Positions 12,737 through 24,377 of a DNA stretch of 46,544 bases are shown here, piece after piece. Origin of the DNA: Rhodopirellula sp. JB055. GTDB lineage: Bacteria; Planctomycetota; Planctomycetia; Pirellulales; Pirellulaceae. The stretch's first letter is position 1; each line of letters opens with the position of its first letter. The translations under genes were made by a program, and so were the position numbers. The stretch is from positions 1 through 46,544 of the forward strand of contig NZ_JBICHO010000546.1 of the NCBI RefSeq assembly GCF_043100905.1. The letters run 5' to 3'. Under the pieces are notes generated by a model. The model saw only the letters and a program-made list of their open reading frames with translations, did not search any database and was not told the DNA's origin.

Positions 12737-15700
12737 ATGTTCGTTTCGATTCGTTCTTTCCTACTTTTGCTTCTCGTTTGGCCGACGGTGAGTTGCACCG
12801 TTGCCTTCGCGGCCAACGACATTGATTTCAACCGTGACATCCGCCCGATTCTTTCGGACCGTTGCTACTTCTGCCACGGTCCCGATGAAGCCACTCGGGA
12901 AGCGGACCTGCGCTTGGATATCCGCGAAGACGCGGCGTACGTTTTGGAATCGGACGAACTTCTGGATCGTGTTCAAAGCGATGATCCAGACCTCGTGATG
13001 CCACCACCGCACGCGAATTTGGAACTGACCGACGAGGAAAAAGATCTACTGAAGCGTTGGATCGAAGAGGGAGCTCCTTACGCGGCACATTGGTCGTTCG
13101 AAAAATTGCCTCGCACGGTGGAAATACCGCAGGTCAAACAGACTGAATGGCCCAAGCAAACCATTGACCAATTTGTATTGGCGAAGATCGAAGCAACCGG
13201 GCATGAACCCAACCTGGAAGCGGATCCATTGCGATGGTTGCGGCGAGTCACCTTGGACCTGACCGGATTGCCACCGTCGGCGGAAGCCATCCGGAACTTC
13301 GAGCAAGCCGTCCAAACCGATCGCGAAAAAGCGTTCGCCGATGCGGTCGATCAATTGCTGCAATCATCCGCGTTCGGCGAACACATGTCGATCGCGTGGC
13401 TCGACGTCGCTCGCTACGCCGATTCCTATGGCTATCAAAGCGACAAGCTCAACACCCAGTGGCCCTACCGTGACTGGGTCGTTCGCGCCCTGAACCAAAA
13501 CCTTCCGTACGACGATTTCTTGACCTGGCAAATCGCCGGCGACTTATTGGATGACCCCACGCGAGACCAGCGACTGGCGACCGCGTTCAATCGCATTCAT
13601 CGCCTGAACAACGAAGGCGGCGCGGTCTTTGAAGAATGGCGAATTGAGAATGCAGCCGATCGAGTTCACACCTTCAGCACCGCCGTGATGGGACTGACAT
13701 TGGAATGTGCACGTTGCCACGATCACAAGTACGACCCGATCACCGCTCGTGAATTCTATTCGCTCTCAGCATTCTTCAATTCGATCGACGAGAGCGGCGT
13801 TTACGACCGTACCGAGAAAGTCCCTTGCCCGTCGATGCTGCTTCCTACCGAAGAAGAATCCGCGGCACTTGAGCTGGCGCGCACCAAATTGGCCACATCC
13901 GAACGCGAATACAAATCCGTTTCCGCGGATGCCAAGAAGCGTTTCCATGCCAGCGAAGCAACCTCCATCACCGCCGACAACATTCCCGACCTGCGACTCG
14001 CGTTGGCGTTTGATCAAGGTTTCGACAACGCCGTCAAAGCCATTTATCACCCGTCCGAGTCCGATCGATCTTGGGCGAAGATGTGTGACTTGGTGCCCGT
14101 CGAAGACTGTGAGATCGCTCGCCTGAATCCCACGCTCGCCGATGACGAAAAAGCCCGCTCGGCTGCCAAAGACGCTTCCAAAGAAGCGACACCAGAAAAC
14201 CCCGATCCCCCAAGCAACCGGATGGCATTGAAACTGGATGGCGAACGCGGGGTGACCACACATGACATCGAACCACTTGATCGTTGGACACCATTCACCG
14301 TTGTTGTCACGCTCAACGATCCTGAACGCTCGCCCGAACGCAGCCTGATCGTCCATCACACTCGTGGAACCGACTGCGGTTACAACGGATACGACCTGAC
14401 GATCCAAGACGGTCACCTCGAATCACGCATGGCTCGGGTTTGGCCGGGCAACGCCATCAGCGTTCGCACGGTGAAACCCATCCCAGCGAACCAATGGCAT
14501 CAAGTCGCGGCTACCTATGACGGATCGTCCCAGGCATCAGGGCTGAAGCTTTTCCTCAACGGTCGCGAACTGGAAACGGTGACACTGCGTGACGAGCTGA
14601 AAAAATCATGCAACGTCGTGGTGGATCACGGTGGTGAATTCGTGATCGGCCAACGCTTCCGAGCTCGCGGGTTCGCGGGTGGCTTGATCGATGATGTCCG
14701 TCTTTACGAACGCAACCTGACATCGCTTGAACTGCAAGTCTTAGCGACGGGCGAAGCTCGACCCGCTGACGCAGCCACGTTCGCATCCGCATGGGATCCA
14801 AACGCTCGCAAAGCGTTTGCTCAACTTCGCCAGGCTCGACATGAATTCGTAATGGCCGAAGAAGTTATCCAAGAGATCCCGATCATGCGTGAGATGGACG
14901 AACCTCGCGAAACGCACCTGTTGCTACGCGGGGAATACGATGCCGAAACCGACCAAACCACACGGGTCGAACGAACGGTCTTGAAAGCCATCCCGATTCC
15001 ATTCCCTGAGAACGCTTCCAAGGATCGCCTCGGGTTGGCCCAATGGATCACGCATCCCGAGCACCCGTTGACCGCTCGCGTTGCCGTCAACCGACTGTGG
15101 GGAAACTTCTTCGCCGCCCCGTTGGTCCGCACGCCCGAGAACTTTGGTTTGCAAGGAGACCTGCCGACTCATCCCAAGCTTCTCGATTGGTTGGCTCGCG
15201 ATTTTGTCGATCACGATTGGGACATCCAACGCCTGTGCCGGAACATCGTGCTCTCGGCGACCTATCGTCAAGACTCCCGCTGCACGCAGGAACAGTTCAA
15301 TAGCGACCCGACCAATCGATTGCTTGCCCGCGGCCCGTCCTATCGACTCGCCGCCGAACAAATTCGCGACCTCGCCTTGGCCGCTTCTGGATTACTGAAT
15401 CCCGAAATGGGCGGACCTCCGGTGTCGCCTTATCAACCGGGCCAAGACCTCTGGCGAGAATCCAACGGGATGTCGCCGCCGTATCAACAATCGGTTGGCA
15501 AATCGCTGTACCGACGGTCGATGTATTCGGTTTGGAAACGCACCGCACCGCTTCCCAACATGATGGTCTTCGACGCATCGTCCCGTGAAGTCTGCACGGT
15601 CAAACGATCGCGAACCAACACGCCGTTGCAAGCACTTGTGCTGCTCAACGATGAACAATTCATCGAAGCCGCTCGGGTACTGGCAACCGCTTTGATGAGC

Positions 15701-15961
15701 AGCGAGGCACCCGAACAACGAATCGAGAACGCTTTCTTGCAATTGGCCGGACGACGTCCCGATGCAACCGAACTGGAAGAACTGGTCAAACTCTATCAAC
15801 AAGAGCAAACGTTTTTCAAGCAAGACATCGAGACAGCCAAAAGCTACCTGTCGATCGGTGAACGCGAATTACCCAACGACGTATCCCTCGCCGAACTCGC
15901 TGCCACGACCTCACTGTGCCAAGTCATCCTGAACTTGGACGCGACGATTTGGAAACGCTAA
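12737..15961 (+). CDS. Planctomycete cytochrome c + DUF1549 + LamG + DUF1553 protein
   Basis: [52 protein letters not shown], LamG-like [10 protein letters not shown]...[16 protein letters not shown] and TNTPLQAL. Confidence 0.92.
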   Translation: MFVSIRSFLLLLLVWPTVSCTVAFAANDIDFNRDIRPILSDRCYFCHGPDEATREADLRLDIREDAAYVLESDELLDRVQSDDPDLVMPPPHANLELTDEEKDLLKRWIEEGAPYAAHWSFEKLPRTVEIPQVKQTEWPKQTIDQFVLAKIEATGHEPNLEADPLRWLRRVTLDLTGLPPSAEAIRNFEQAVQTDREKAFADAVDQLLQSSAFGEHMSIAWLDVARYADSYGYQSDKLNTQWPYRDWVVRALNQNLPYDDFLTWQIAGDLLDDPTRDQRLATAFNRIHRLNNEGGAVFEEWRIENAADRVHTFSTAVMGLTLECARCHDHKYDPITAREFYSLSAFFNSIDESGVYDRTEKVPCPSMLLPTEEESAALELARTKLATSEREYKSVSADAKKRFHASEATSITADNIPDLRLALAFDQGFDNAVKAIYHPSESDRSWAKMCDLVPVEDCEIARLNPTLADDEKARSAAKDASKEATPENPDPPSNRMALKLDGERGVTTHDIEPLDRWTPFTVVVTLNDPERSPERSLIVHHTRGTDCGYNGYDLTIQDGHLESRMARVWPGNAISVRTVKPIPANQWHQVAATYDGSSQASGLKLFLNGRELETVTLRDELKKSCNVVVDHGGEFVIGQRFRARGFAGGLIDDVRLYERNLTSLELQVLATGEARPADAATFASAWDPNARKAFAQLRQARHEFVMAEEVIQEIPIMREMDEPRETHLLLRGEYDAETDQTTRVERTVLKAIPIPFPENASKDRLGLAQWITHPEHPLTARVAVNRLWGNFFAAPLVRTPENFGLQGDLPTHPKLLDWLARDFVDHDWDIQRLCRNIVLSATYRQDSRCTQEQFNSDPTNRLLARGPSYRLAAEQIRDLALAASGLLNPEMGGPPVSPYQPGQDLWRESNGMSPPYQQSVGKSLYRRSMYSVWKRTAPLPNMMVFDASSREVCTVKRSRTNTPLQALVLLNDEQFIEAARVLATALMSSEAPEQRIENAFLQLAGRRPDATELEELVKLYQQEQTFFKQDIETAKSYLSIGERELPNDVSLAELAATTSLCQVILNLDATIWKR

Positions 15962-15979
15962 ACAGGCAGATTACCGAAT

Positions 15980-16106
15980 GTAAGACGGGCACTCTTGCCC
16001 GTCAGAGTTGCGGGGGTCGGGCAAGAGTGGCCAACCGGCAACAAAATCAAAACCCGACGCGTGAGCGAGGGACCACATCGAATCCCTCGCTTGTGCATTC
16101 GGATTG
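15980..16106. repeat. Two REP doublets in tandem between the DUF1553 and DUF1501 genes
   Basis: GACGGGCACTCTTGCCCGTC (15984-16003) with partner GTCGGGCAAGAGTGGCCAAC (16016-16035); then AACCCGACGCGTGAGCGAGGGA (16051-16072) with a decayed TCCCTCGCTTG arm from 16083. Confidence 0.75.
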
Positions 16107-16227
16107 TCAAAGATCCTTCACCCCGTGGTCCCAAATTTCGAACGAGTTCCTCGGCAAACAATCCTGCCTCTTCCCACCCTTCCACGCCACCACCTGTCTC
16201 GCCATCTTTCACGCGAGGGAACCCATC

Positions 16228-17661
16228 ATGACTCCTGATTTCTCACTGCAATCCAAACGCCGTGTCTTTTTGAAGCAAGCCACCTCCACCGTCGGTGCCG
16301 CCGCACTCGCGCACTTGCTCGGACGTGACATGGCCTCGGCTGAGACACCCACTGCCGATCTTGGCGGGATGCACTTTGCTCCCAAAGCAAAACGGATCAT
16401 CTACTTGTTTCAATCCGGCGGCCCTGCCCAACAAGACTTGTTCGATCACAAGCCGATGCTCGAACAAATGCACGGACGTGAATTGCCTCCCGAGGTTCGG
16501 GGCGAGCAACGCTTGACCGGCATGTCGGTGAACCAAAGCTCGTTGCCGGTCGCGGCTTCCAAGTTCAAGTTTGCTCAACATGGTCAATCCGGTGCTTGGC
16601 TGAGTGAACTGCTGCCGTATCACCGCGACATCGTTGACAATATGTGCTTCATCAAATCGATGCACACCGAAGCAATCAACCATGACCCCGCGATCACGTT
16701 CTTTCAAACCGGATCGCAGATCGCTGGCCGGCCATCGCTCGGTTCGTGGATTTCCTACGGCCTAGGCAGCGAAAACGATGACCTTCCCGCCTTCGTGGTG
16801 CTGGTCACGAAAGGCCAAGGCGGCCAACCGCTTTACTCACGTTTGTGGGGCAATGGATTTTTGGATTCCAAGTACCAAGGTGTCCAATTCCGGGGCGGTG
16901 AAGATCCCGTGCTGTATCTGTCCAACCCCGATGGAATTTCACGCGATCATCGCCGTCAACAGCTCGACTCGATCAACCGCTTGAACTCGCACCAGTATCA
17001 ACGCGAATTTGATCCGGAGATCCAATCGCGGATCGCTCAGTACGAGATGGCGTTCAAGATGCAAACCAGCGTGCCTGACGCGACAGATTTCTCTGACGAA
17101 CCGGAGTCGACATTCGAATTGTACGGCGAAGACGCCAAGCAACCGGGAACCTTCGCCGCCAACTGCTTGCTGGCTCGTCGATTGGCACAACGAGACGTTC
17201 GGTTCATCCAGCTCTACCATCAAGGCTGGGACCAACACTCCAACCTGCCCAAGGGAATCACTGGCCAAGCCAAGGAAACCGACCAAGCGTCCGCCGCACT
17301 GGTGAAGGACCTCAAGCGTCTAGGAATGCTGGATGACACCCTGGTCATCTGGGGCGGCGAATTTGGACGCACGTCGTACTCACAAGGCACGTTGACCCCA
17401 GGCAACTATGGCCGCGATCACCATCCGCGTTGCTTCACAACCTGGATGGCTGGCGGCGGAACTCGGCCCGGAATGAGTTACGGAACGACGGATGAGTTCA
17501 GTTACAACGTGGCCGAAAATGGTGTCCACGTGCACGACTTCAATGCCACGATCCTGAACCTGATGGGCATCGATCACGAGCGACTGACCTACAAATACCA
17601 AGGCCGCCGGTTCCGACTGACCGATGTGCACGGCCACGTCGTTCGCGACATTCTGGCTTGA
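16228..17661 (+). CDS. DUF1501 family (sulfatase-like) protein
   Basis: Tat-like RRVFLK; [45 protein letters not shown] and GRDHHP motifs. Start set at ATG 16228. Confidence 0.92.
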   Translation: MTPDFSLQSKRRVFLKQATSTVGAAALAHLLGRDMASAETPTADLGGMHFAPKAKRIIYLFQSGGPAQQDLFDHKPMLEQMHGRELPPEVRGEQRLTGMSVNQSSLPVAASKFKFAQHGQSGAWLSELLPYHRDIVDNMCFIKSMHTEAINHDPAITFFQTGSQIAGRPSLGSWISYGLGSENDDLPAFVVLVTKGQGGQPLYSRLWGNGFLDSKYQGVQFRGGEDPVLYLSNPDGISRDHRRQQLDSINRLNSHQYQREFDPEIQSRIAQYEMAFKMQTSVPDATDFSDEPESTFELYGEDAKQPGTFAANCLLARRLAQRDVRFIQLYHQGWDQHSNLPKGITGQAKETDQASAALVKDLKRLGMLDDTLVIWGGEFGRTSYSQGTLTPGNYGRDHHPRCFTTWMAGGGTRPGMSYGTTDEFSYNVAENGVHVHDFNATILNLMGIDHERLTYKYQGRRFRLTDVHGHVVRDILA

Positions 17662-17684
17662 GATCAAAGGCTCTCTTTGGCAGA

Positions 17685-17702
17685 CGACCGTTGCGACGGT
17701 CG
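17685..17702. terminator. GC-rich hairpin after the DUF1501 gene (terminator or REP arm)
   Basis: CGACCGT-TGCG-ACGGTCG, a 7-bp stem with no clear U tract. Confidence 0.3.
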
Positions 17703-17858
17703 ACCGCGTGTGACGCTTCGCCACAGCTTTTCGAAGCGATCCGTCCTGCAATAATCATTCGTGATCTTTTGCGTATTGGCCCTTGCGATATTTCCTATCC
17801 TGACACAACGTCGTTCGCGAGGTGAATTCACCACGACATCAATCCGAGGATAACTCCC

Positions 17859-19334
17859 ATGATGGACGTTGAGATTCTCAGTCGGCTGCAGTTCGCGGGA
17901 ACGATCATGTTCCACTATCTGTTCCCGCCCCTGTCGATCGGGCTGGGACTGCAGTTGTTTCTCTGCGAACTCGCCTCCTATCGGACTCGCAATCCGGCTT
18001 GGGAAGCCGCCGCTCGGTTTTGGACTCGGGTTTTCGCAGTCAATTTCGCGATGGGTGTGTCCACAGGAATCGTGATGGAATTTGAGTTTGGCACCAACTG
18101 GGCTGCTTACTCACGATTCGTTGGGGATGTGTTCGGATCGGCATTGGCCGCCGAAGGCATCTTTGCGTTCTTCTTAGAAAGCGGTTTCTTGGCCGTGCTG
18201 GTGTTTGGCTGGGACCGCGTCGGGCCGACCATGCACTTGTTCAGCACCCTGATGGTGTTTCTCGGTTCGATGTTCAGCGCGGTTTGGATTGTGGTCGCCA
18301 ACAGTTGGCAACAAACGCCAGCGGGATACCACATTGTTTGGCATGACGTGCAAGGCGAGTCCATGCCACGAGCAGAAGTCACTGACTTCTGGGCCATGGT
18401 GTTCAATCCTTCCTCGGTGGACCGGCTGACGCATACGTTGATCGGTGCTTTTGTCCTGGGAGCCTTCTTCGTCGCGTCCGTATGCTCCTACTACTTGCTC
18501 AAACGGCGACATGAAGATTTTGCTCGTCGCTGTTTGTCGATCGCACTGCCCACCGCTCTGGTGTTCACGATTCTTGCCGCCGCAACCGGGCACGACTCAG
18601 CACAAAAATTAGTCGAAACCCAACCCGCCAAACTTGCGGCGATGGAGGCTCACTTCGAGACCACCGACGAACCCACCGGGCTCTATGTTTTCGGTTGGCC
18701 AGATGCAGAAAACGAGACCGTGCACTTTGGACTGCAGATCCCCTACCTGCTGAGCCTGATGGCTTTCAACGACCCCATGGAACCTGTGCCGGGAATGGAC
18801 CAAATCCCCACCGATGAACGGCCTCCGGTCTGGTTGCCATTTCAAACGTTTCACTTGATGGTCGGTTTAGGCACCATGATGATCGGCGTCGCGGGACTGG
18901 CCTGTTGGTTCTGGTTTCGCGATTCCTTGCCACAGCGACGTTGGTTGCTGTGGGTCATTGTCTTCATGCCCGTTGCCGCGATGACCGCGAATCAAGCGGG
19001 GTGGATCACCGCCGAAGTGGGGCGGCAGCCATGGATTGTTTATCCCTCCGTTCAAGACGGTGTGGAGATGATGGGCTTGAGGACCGCCGATGGACTCAGC
19101 GAATCCGTGACTGCCGAACAAGTCCTCAGCTCCATCATTCTGTTTGGAATCATCTACTCGATGCTTTTTGCTGTCTGGGTGTTCGTTCTGAACCATAAGA
19201 TTCAGCACGGCCCCGAAAGCGTCGAGGCATTGTTGGAACACAAACAAACCACGCGAAAAAATTCGATGTCGGAACAGTTTGAACGGACTGGAAAATCACA
19301 CGGGGGTGACTTTCTCGAGGAGGACTCGACATGA
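17859..19334 (+). CDS. cydA: Cytochrome bd ubiquinol oxidase subunit I
   Basis: RLQFA...[28 protein letters not shown] and AEVGRQPW motifs. Confidence 0.97.
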   Translation: MMDVEILSRLQFAGTIMFHYLFPPLSIGLGLQLFLCELASYRTRNPAWEAAARFWTRVFAVNFAMGVSTGIVMEFEFGTNWAAYSRFVGDVFGSALAAEGIFAFFLESGFLAVLVFGWDRVGPTMHLFSTLMVFLGSMFSAVWIVVANSWQQTPAGYHIVWHDVQGESMPRAEVTDFWAMVFNPSSVDRLTHTLIGAFVLGAFFVASVCSYYLLKRRHEDFARRCLSIALPTALVFTILAAATGHDSAQKLVETQPAKLAAMEAHFETTDEPTGLYVFGWPDAENETVHFGLQIPYLLSLMAFNDPMEPVPGMDQIPTDERPPVWLPFQTFHLMVGLGTMMIGVAGLACWFWFRDSLPQRRWLLWVIVFMPVAAMTANQAGWITAEVGRQPWIVYPSVQDGVEMMGLRTADGLSESVTAEQVLSSIILFGIIYSMLFAVWVFVLNHKIQHGPESVEALLEHKQTTRKNSMSEQFERTGKSHGGDFLEEDST

Positions 19335-20359
19335 GTTACGAAACCCTGACGTTTGTTTGGTTTGTGTTGCTCGGCGTGCTGTTGTGCGGCTATGCAATCT
19401 TGGATGGTTTTGATCTCGGGGTTGGAATCCTTCATCCGTTTCTTGCAAAGACGGATCAAGAACGCCGACTGGTGATGAACTCCATCGGACCGCTTTGGGA
19501 CGGGAATGAGGTCTGGCTGGTGACCTTTGGGGGCGCCTTGTTTGCTGCGTTCCCCGTTGCTTACGCCACGGTGTTCAGCAGTTTCTATCTCGCGTTCTAC
19601 CTGCTTCTGACCTGTTTGATCGGCCGAGCCGTCAGCCTTGAGTTCCGTTCCAAAGTTCACTCGCCAACCTGGCGACGACTGTGGGATTTCGGTTTCTTTC
19701 TGTCGTCCATTTCCGCCGCGATGTTGCTAGGCGTCGCCGGCGGAAACGTCATGCAGGGAATGCAACTTGGGCCCAAATATCAATACGAAGGCAGCCTGCT
19801 GAGCCAACTGGGGTGGTACCCGTTGATGATCGGCCTGCTGACCGTTTCGCTGTTTGCACTGCACGGTGCAATCTACTTGTATCTCAAAACCGAGCATGAA
19901 CTTCAGAGCCGAGTCCGATCCGCGATCACACCTCTGTTCTATGTGTTCGCGGGAATGTACTTGCTCGCGACCCTTGCCACTTGGTGGCATGTGCCTCATG
20001 CCACGGAGAACATTGCCAACTACCCGATCCTTTGGATCGTTCCCATCCTCAACGCTTTGGCTGTTTTGAACATTCCCCGGGCGATGCACCTGGGCAAACC
20101 AGCGTACGCGTTCTTTTCTTCCGCGATGGTGATCTTGGCGTTGGCGTCTCTCTTTAGCGTCGCGATCTATCCCAACTTCATGCTGTCGACGATTGACCCC
20201 GCCTACAGCATCACACTGGACAATGCTCGAAGCAGCGAAGGCACGCTGAAGATCATGCTGATCATCGCCGGACTTGGAATGCCCTGCGTGCTTAGCTACA
20301 CGATTGTGATCTACTGGATTTTCCGAGGGAAAGTCCGAATCGATCCCAATAGTTACTGA
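19331..20359 (+). CDS. cydB: Cytochrome bd ubiquinol oxidase subunit II
   Basis: YAILDGFDLGVG, IGPLWDGNEVWL and RAVSLEFRSK motifs; ATGA overlap with cydA. Confidence 0.97.
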   Translation: MSYETLTFVWFVLLGVLLCGYAILDGFDLGVGILHPFLAKTDQERRLVMNSIGPLWDGNEVWLVTFGGALFAAFPVAYATVFSSFYLAFYLLLTCLIGRAVSLEFRSKVHSPTWRRLWDFGFFLSSISAAMLLGVAGGNVMQGMQLGPKYQYEGSLLSQLGWYPLMIGLLTVSLFALHGAIYLYLKTEHELQSRVRSAITPLFYVFAGMYLLATLATWWHVPHATENIANYPILWIVPILNALAVLNIPRAMHLGKPAYAFFSSAMVILALASLFSVAIYPNFMLSTIDPAYSITLDNARSSEGTLKIMLIIAGLGMPCVLSYTIVIYWIFRGKVRIDPNSY

Positions 20360-20383
20360 GCACGGGTTGGTCTTTCGCGCCGC

Positions 20384-23158
20384 TCATGCACTCTGGTCGA
20401 ACAGCAACCCATTGAGCGAACGCCCTTGTCGGGAGGAAACACCAAACATCGATTGCAAATTGGACAACGCTTCCTTGGCCACGTTGTAGGCATCCAGCGC
20501 GTCAGCATTTTGACTGTCGTACTTTCCGCCCGTCGCCAATTGAAACAGATCGGCCAACGCGTTTTGCGTTGCACTCAGCGTCGTGCCCGTCAAAGGTGAC
20601 AACTGAGACGCGCGATACGGCTCTGAAGCCGCGCCATCGGCGGTGATGGTGAAGTTGTCAAAGCTGCCACGAAAACCTTCGGCGAGTTGAAAGCCGATTC
20701 GAACACCGTCCTGCTCGAATTCATAACGCCCGTTGACCTTTTCGACTTCTTGACCGTTGATCGCAAATTGCTCGCGTTTAGCTGATGCGCTATAGGTGCT
20801 CGGAGAACCAGTGCGACGGGTAGCGGTGGCCTCCGAATCAATATCAAACGCGTCGAAGGCACCGAGATACCCGTCAACAAATGCGAGGTCGATCGAACTG
20901 TCACCGATGGAAATCGCAAAGGTATCGGTCGCTGACGTGTAGGTTTCGCCGTTGATGGTTGCCTGCCCGTCTTGTCCGTACGCATTGCCATTGCCGTCAC
21001 CACCTGTGACAGAAAACTCATCTTCCTCTGAACGCAATGTGATTGGGTCGATCGCACCCGAAAATCCTGGTTCAACATCAAAGCTCATCTCAGCAGAATC
21101 GATCGTGATGTCAAATTGGTCGCCGTCGGCGATATAGGTCTGGCCGTTGAAGTTGGCCTCTGCATCAACCCCATAAGCCGCTCCAGTTTCATCTGCTCCT
21201 GAAAGATCGAAGCTGCCATCCGAGGTGGTCACTTCGATCGGATCGATCGCTCCCGTGAACCCAGACTGCACGTCAAAGGAGTATGAGCCCAGTGAATCCG
21301 CATAGTCGACATGGTTTCCGTCGGCGGTCACCGATTCACCATTGATGGTGAGTTGGGCGTCCGTGCCCGAGACGCTTCCATTGCCGTCACCGCCATCCAT
21401 ATTGAACGATCCCGAAGTCACATCCACTTCGACGATGCCCTTGGACCCTTCGCTCTGACTTTCCAATGTCAAAGTGCTTCCTGATACCCTCGCGACCACT
21501 CCTGTGTCACCAGTCTGGTCATTGATTTCATCTCGAAGCGAACTGAGCGATTGAAACGTCGACACTTCGATTTCTGCGGTGCCTAATTCACCAGTGAGGT
21601 TGAAGGTGGCGTTGCTTGTTGCGGCCCCAAAAAAACCATCGTAAGTCAGTTGTCCTTTGGTGGCCGTTTGGTCGACGGTGCCACTGAGAGTGTTGGTCGA
21701 GCGGGGCTCCGATGAGTTCACCGTGAACCCTTGAATTTGAGTTGCGTTGACTCCGTCCACATCGACGTACTGAGTGATGTCGTCCAATGTCACCTGAATG
21801 CTTTCCGATGATCCGACCGTTTGCCCACTGAACTGAAGGGTGTCGCCATCAATTGTCGCAGTCACTCCCGTCGATTCCGTCTCCGCATTGATTCGGTCAC
21901 GAACATCCGTCAGTGTTTCCCCTTGAACGATCGCGAATTGCTCGCTGCCCAGTTCGCCGGAAAGGGTGAACACGGCGGTGTCGACCACCTTGCCTCCACT
22001 GCCTTGATATTGCAACTTGGCGGTGTCTGCAGCAGTGTTGACGGTCCCCGACAAAGTGACCTCGGCGCCGTCTGCGATGCTTTGCAAATCAAACCGAGAG
22101 ATCTGTGCTGCATTGACGCCTTCAATCGTCGGCCGGAACTGACGAACGACGTTGGACAGCCGGATTTCCGCGTCGTCACCACGCAACTGCGATACAAGAC
22201 GAAGCTCGTTTCCGTTGACTTCTGCTTTGACACCGGTGAACGCAGAAAGATTGTTGATCTTCTCTGCAAATGAAATCAACGATTCACCCCGAGTGGTTTC
22301 CACATTGGCGGTCCCAAGATCTCCCGTCAAATCAAAGTTCGCCGATCCGGATACCAAACCGCCAGTGCTGCCTTGATAGGTCAGTCTCGCAACCGTGGCC
22401 ACCGAGTCCACTTGCCCTTGAATCGTTTTTGAGACGCCTTTCGGCAAACGACTCAGATCGACATTGTCGACCTGCGACTCGTTCACACCAAAGAGCTGAT
22501 TGTCACCATAGTTGCGTCCGGTGCGGATTGGACGAACGGTCGCTTCCAACGACTGAGAACTTCGCGATGTCAAACGCAACTTCCCATTCAGCTCGATCGC
22601 ATTGACTCCAACGTTCTTCGAAGAATTAATTTGTTGAGCCATGCCGGAAATGGAACGTCCCGGTTGAAATTGAATCCGCCGTTCCGAATCGCCAACCTTC
22701 ACATCGAGGGTGCCGCCACCCTGCAACCGCCCCGCATCGGTGATCATGATTTCGGCGTTGCCAGCCTGTTGGGTGAGCCCACCCGAAAAACGAGCCGATG
22801 CATTCGGCGGCAGCGAGAGAATCTCCAAGTCTCGGAGCTGACTGGTATCCAGACCACTCACCACGGCGTTCGCAGATCCGCCCAACGTCAGCGATTGCCC
22901 AAGATGCTCACTGATTTCAGCCAGGGCCGTGTCGATGCTACCCTGTAGGTTTGTGAATGAACGACCGGTTCGAGCTGCATCCAATAGCTTTTCGCTGATG
23001 CCAGCGACCAGAGAATTCACCCGGTCAGACGTGGTGTCCACGCGACGGAAGAGTGTTTCGGATTCGGCCTGAGTGGATGTCCGGGCACTCAGTTGGAAAT
23101 TCTCGACGAGGAGAGACCGACTAGCGAAACTCGTTGATGTACTGGAGCTGATTGTCAT
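20384..23158 (-). CDS. Flagellin-related protein with repeated hook-IN-like domains and degenerate or missing D0/D1 termini
   Basis: Repeats such as INNLSAFTGVKA, INAETESTGVTA and INDQTGDTGVVA. The N-terminal LQGSIDTALAEI and C-terminal LATGG...NVAKEALSNL resemble decayed D1 helices. Confidence 0.7.
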   Translation of the reverse strand: MTISSSTSTSFASRSLLVENFQLSARTSTQAESETLFRRVDTTSDRVNSLVAGISEKLLDAARTGRSFTNLQGSIDTALAEISEHLGQSLTLGGSANAVVSGLDTSQLRDLEILSLPPNASARFSGGLTQQAGNAEIMITDAGRLQGGGTLDVKVGDSERRIQFQPGRSISGMAQQINSSKNVGVNAIELNGKLRLTSRSSQSLEATVRPIRTGRNYGDNQLFGVNESQVDNVDLSRLPKGVSKTIQGQVDSVATVARLTYQGSTGGLVSGSANFDLTGDLGTANVETTRGESLISFAEKINNLSAFTGVKAEVNGNELRLVSQLRGDDAEIRLSNVVRQFRPTIEGVNAAQISRFDLQSIADGAEVTLSGTVNTAADTAKLQYQGSGGKVVDTAVFTLSGELGSEQFAIVQGETLTDVRDRINAETESTGVTATIDGDTLQFSGQTVGSSESIQVTLDDITQYVDVDGVNATQIQGFTVNSSEPRSTNTLSGTVDQTATKGQLTYDGFFGAATSNATFNLTGELGTAEIEVSTFQSLSSLRDEINDQTGDTGVVARVSGSTLTLESQSEGSKGIVEVDVTSGSFNMDGGDGNGSVSGTDAQLTINGESVTADGNHVDYADSLGSYSFDVQSGFTGAIDPIEVTTSDGSFDLSGADETGAAYGVDAEANFNGQTYIADGDQFDITIDSAEMSFDVEPGFSGAIDPITLRSEEDEFSVTGGDGNGNAYGQDGQATINGETYTSATDTFAISIGDSSIDLAFVDGYLGAFDAFDIDSEATATRRTGSPSTYSASAKREQFAINGQEVEKVNGRYEFEQDGVRIGFQLAEGFRGSFDNFTITADGAASEPYRASQLSPLTGTTLSATQNALADLFQLATGGKYDSQNADALDAYNVAKEALSNLQSMFGVSSRQGRSLNGLLFDQSA

Positions 23159-23500
23159 CGTAGGGGTACTTGGATTGGAACAGCAAACTGCCCATGTCTC
23201 CTAAGAAGGAACCCCCCGGCCCCAAAACTGACTTTTGCTGAGCCAGCACCTGAACTCTAGGTCAAAAAACGATCTGAAGCCGCACAAACACGCGATTTTT
23301 TCCACCATCAAAATCAAAATGACGCCATCGGGAGGCAATTTCGCCGCTACTTTCGAGCCGCAACCTCTCCTCAGCCCAGCGACTCGACCTGTTGGGGCCG
23401 CAACCTTCGACAGGTTAAAGTACCGACCTCCCACGTCGTTTTGGCTCAGACGAACGGTTGCCACTCGACCAGTCCCACCACCAAACCACAAGATTTCGTC

Positions 23501-24067
23501 ATGGAAAAAGTGCTGATCGTCATCGGCGATGCCACCGAATTGTTGGACACGATGTATCCGTACTACCGATTGCAAGAAGCCGGATTCCAACCAGTCGTGA
23601 CCGCACCCGAAAAGCGTCTCTACCAACTGGTCCTGCACGAGGTGAAACCAGGCTGGACAATCACCAAAGAATGGGAAGGTTACACGCTGGATTGCGACGT
23701 TCCCTTTTCCGAGGTGAAGGAAGACGACTACGCGGGCATCTTCTTCTCAGGCGGCCGAGCACCGGAGTACATCCGTTACGACAACGACTTGGTGCGAATC
23801 ACCCAACACTTCTTTGACACCAACAAACCCATCGCCAGCGTTTGCCATGGAGTCGAGATCCCCGCCTACGCCGATCGAGTTCGCGGACGCCGAATGGCCA
23901 CGGTTGCGAAGTGCCAATTCGACTTAGAAGTTTGCGGCGGCGTCTTCGTTGATGAACCATGCGTCATCGACGGCAACCTCGTCAGCGGACGCACCTACCG
24001 CGACAACGGTTTCTACATCGCGCCCTGGATCCAACAACTCGAAGCCGCTCGCGATTCCAAGAGCTAA
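23501..24067 (+). CDS. DJ-1/PfpI family protein
   Basis: SGGRAPEYIR, KPIASVCHG (nucleophile elbow) and VIDGNLVSGR motifs. Start set at ATG 23501. Confidence 0.92.
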   Translation: MEKVLIVIGDATELLDTMYPYYRLQEAGFQPVVTAPEKRLYQLVLHEVKPGWTITKEWEGYTLDCDVPFSEVKEDDYAGIFFSGGRAPEYIRYDNDLVRITQHFFDTNKPIASVCHGVEIPAYADRVRGRRMATVAKCQFDLEVCGGVFVDEPCVIDGNLVSGRTYRDNGFYIAPWIQQLEAARDSKS

Positions 24068-24127
24068 GCAGACAGGAATTGGCGGACAGAACCATGAGAA
24101 CCGTTCGGGCGTGAGCCCCGGTTGCAC

Positions 24128-24377
24128 GTTTTGAAGTTGCGATTGTTCGTTGAATAGCCAACGGCCATCTTCAACATAGCCAGCGGGCAACGCCCCTGGA
24201 CCAGGAGAGCACGGCCCCATTTTGGCCAATGGCCAAATTCAATTCAGAACATGTGGGTTGATGCTGGCCGTTGGCCAACACATTTCCCATCGTTCTCGAT
24301 TCCTGGGGCGATGCCCCAGGCTACGATGATGAAGGCTTTTGGCCAACAAAACCGAATGCAAAAGAACAACTCCCAGG
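24128..24377. mobile_element. Decayed GTTTTGAAGTTGCG-ended element carrying a composite REP
   Basis: Left end GTTTTGAAGTTGCG (24128-24141) is identical to the TIR at 36524. Inside are IR arms 24155-24200/24301-24346 and 24222-24242/24258-24278. A degenerate right end AAAAGAACAACTCC lies at about 24360-24373. Confidence 0.5.

Noticed and set aside
15916-16227. N-terminal extension of the DUF1501 ORF
   Set aside because: It translates REP sequence (NPTRERG). The Tat-like leader starts at 16228.
17700-17858. Crp/Fnr-like box before cydA (TGTGA...CCACA)
   Set aside because: Spacing is 7 rather than 6 bp and the half-site is imperfect.
23160-23500. Sigma-28 promoter for the flagellin-like gene
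   Set aside because: The best candidate (GAAAG...CCCGATGG on the minus strand) has the wrong spacing.
24068-24081. Possible att duplicate of the tRNA-Leu 3' end (GCAGACAGGAATTG vs GCTGACAGGAATCG)
   Set aside because: Only 12/14 match and no integrase is present; chance is likely.
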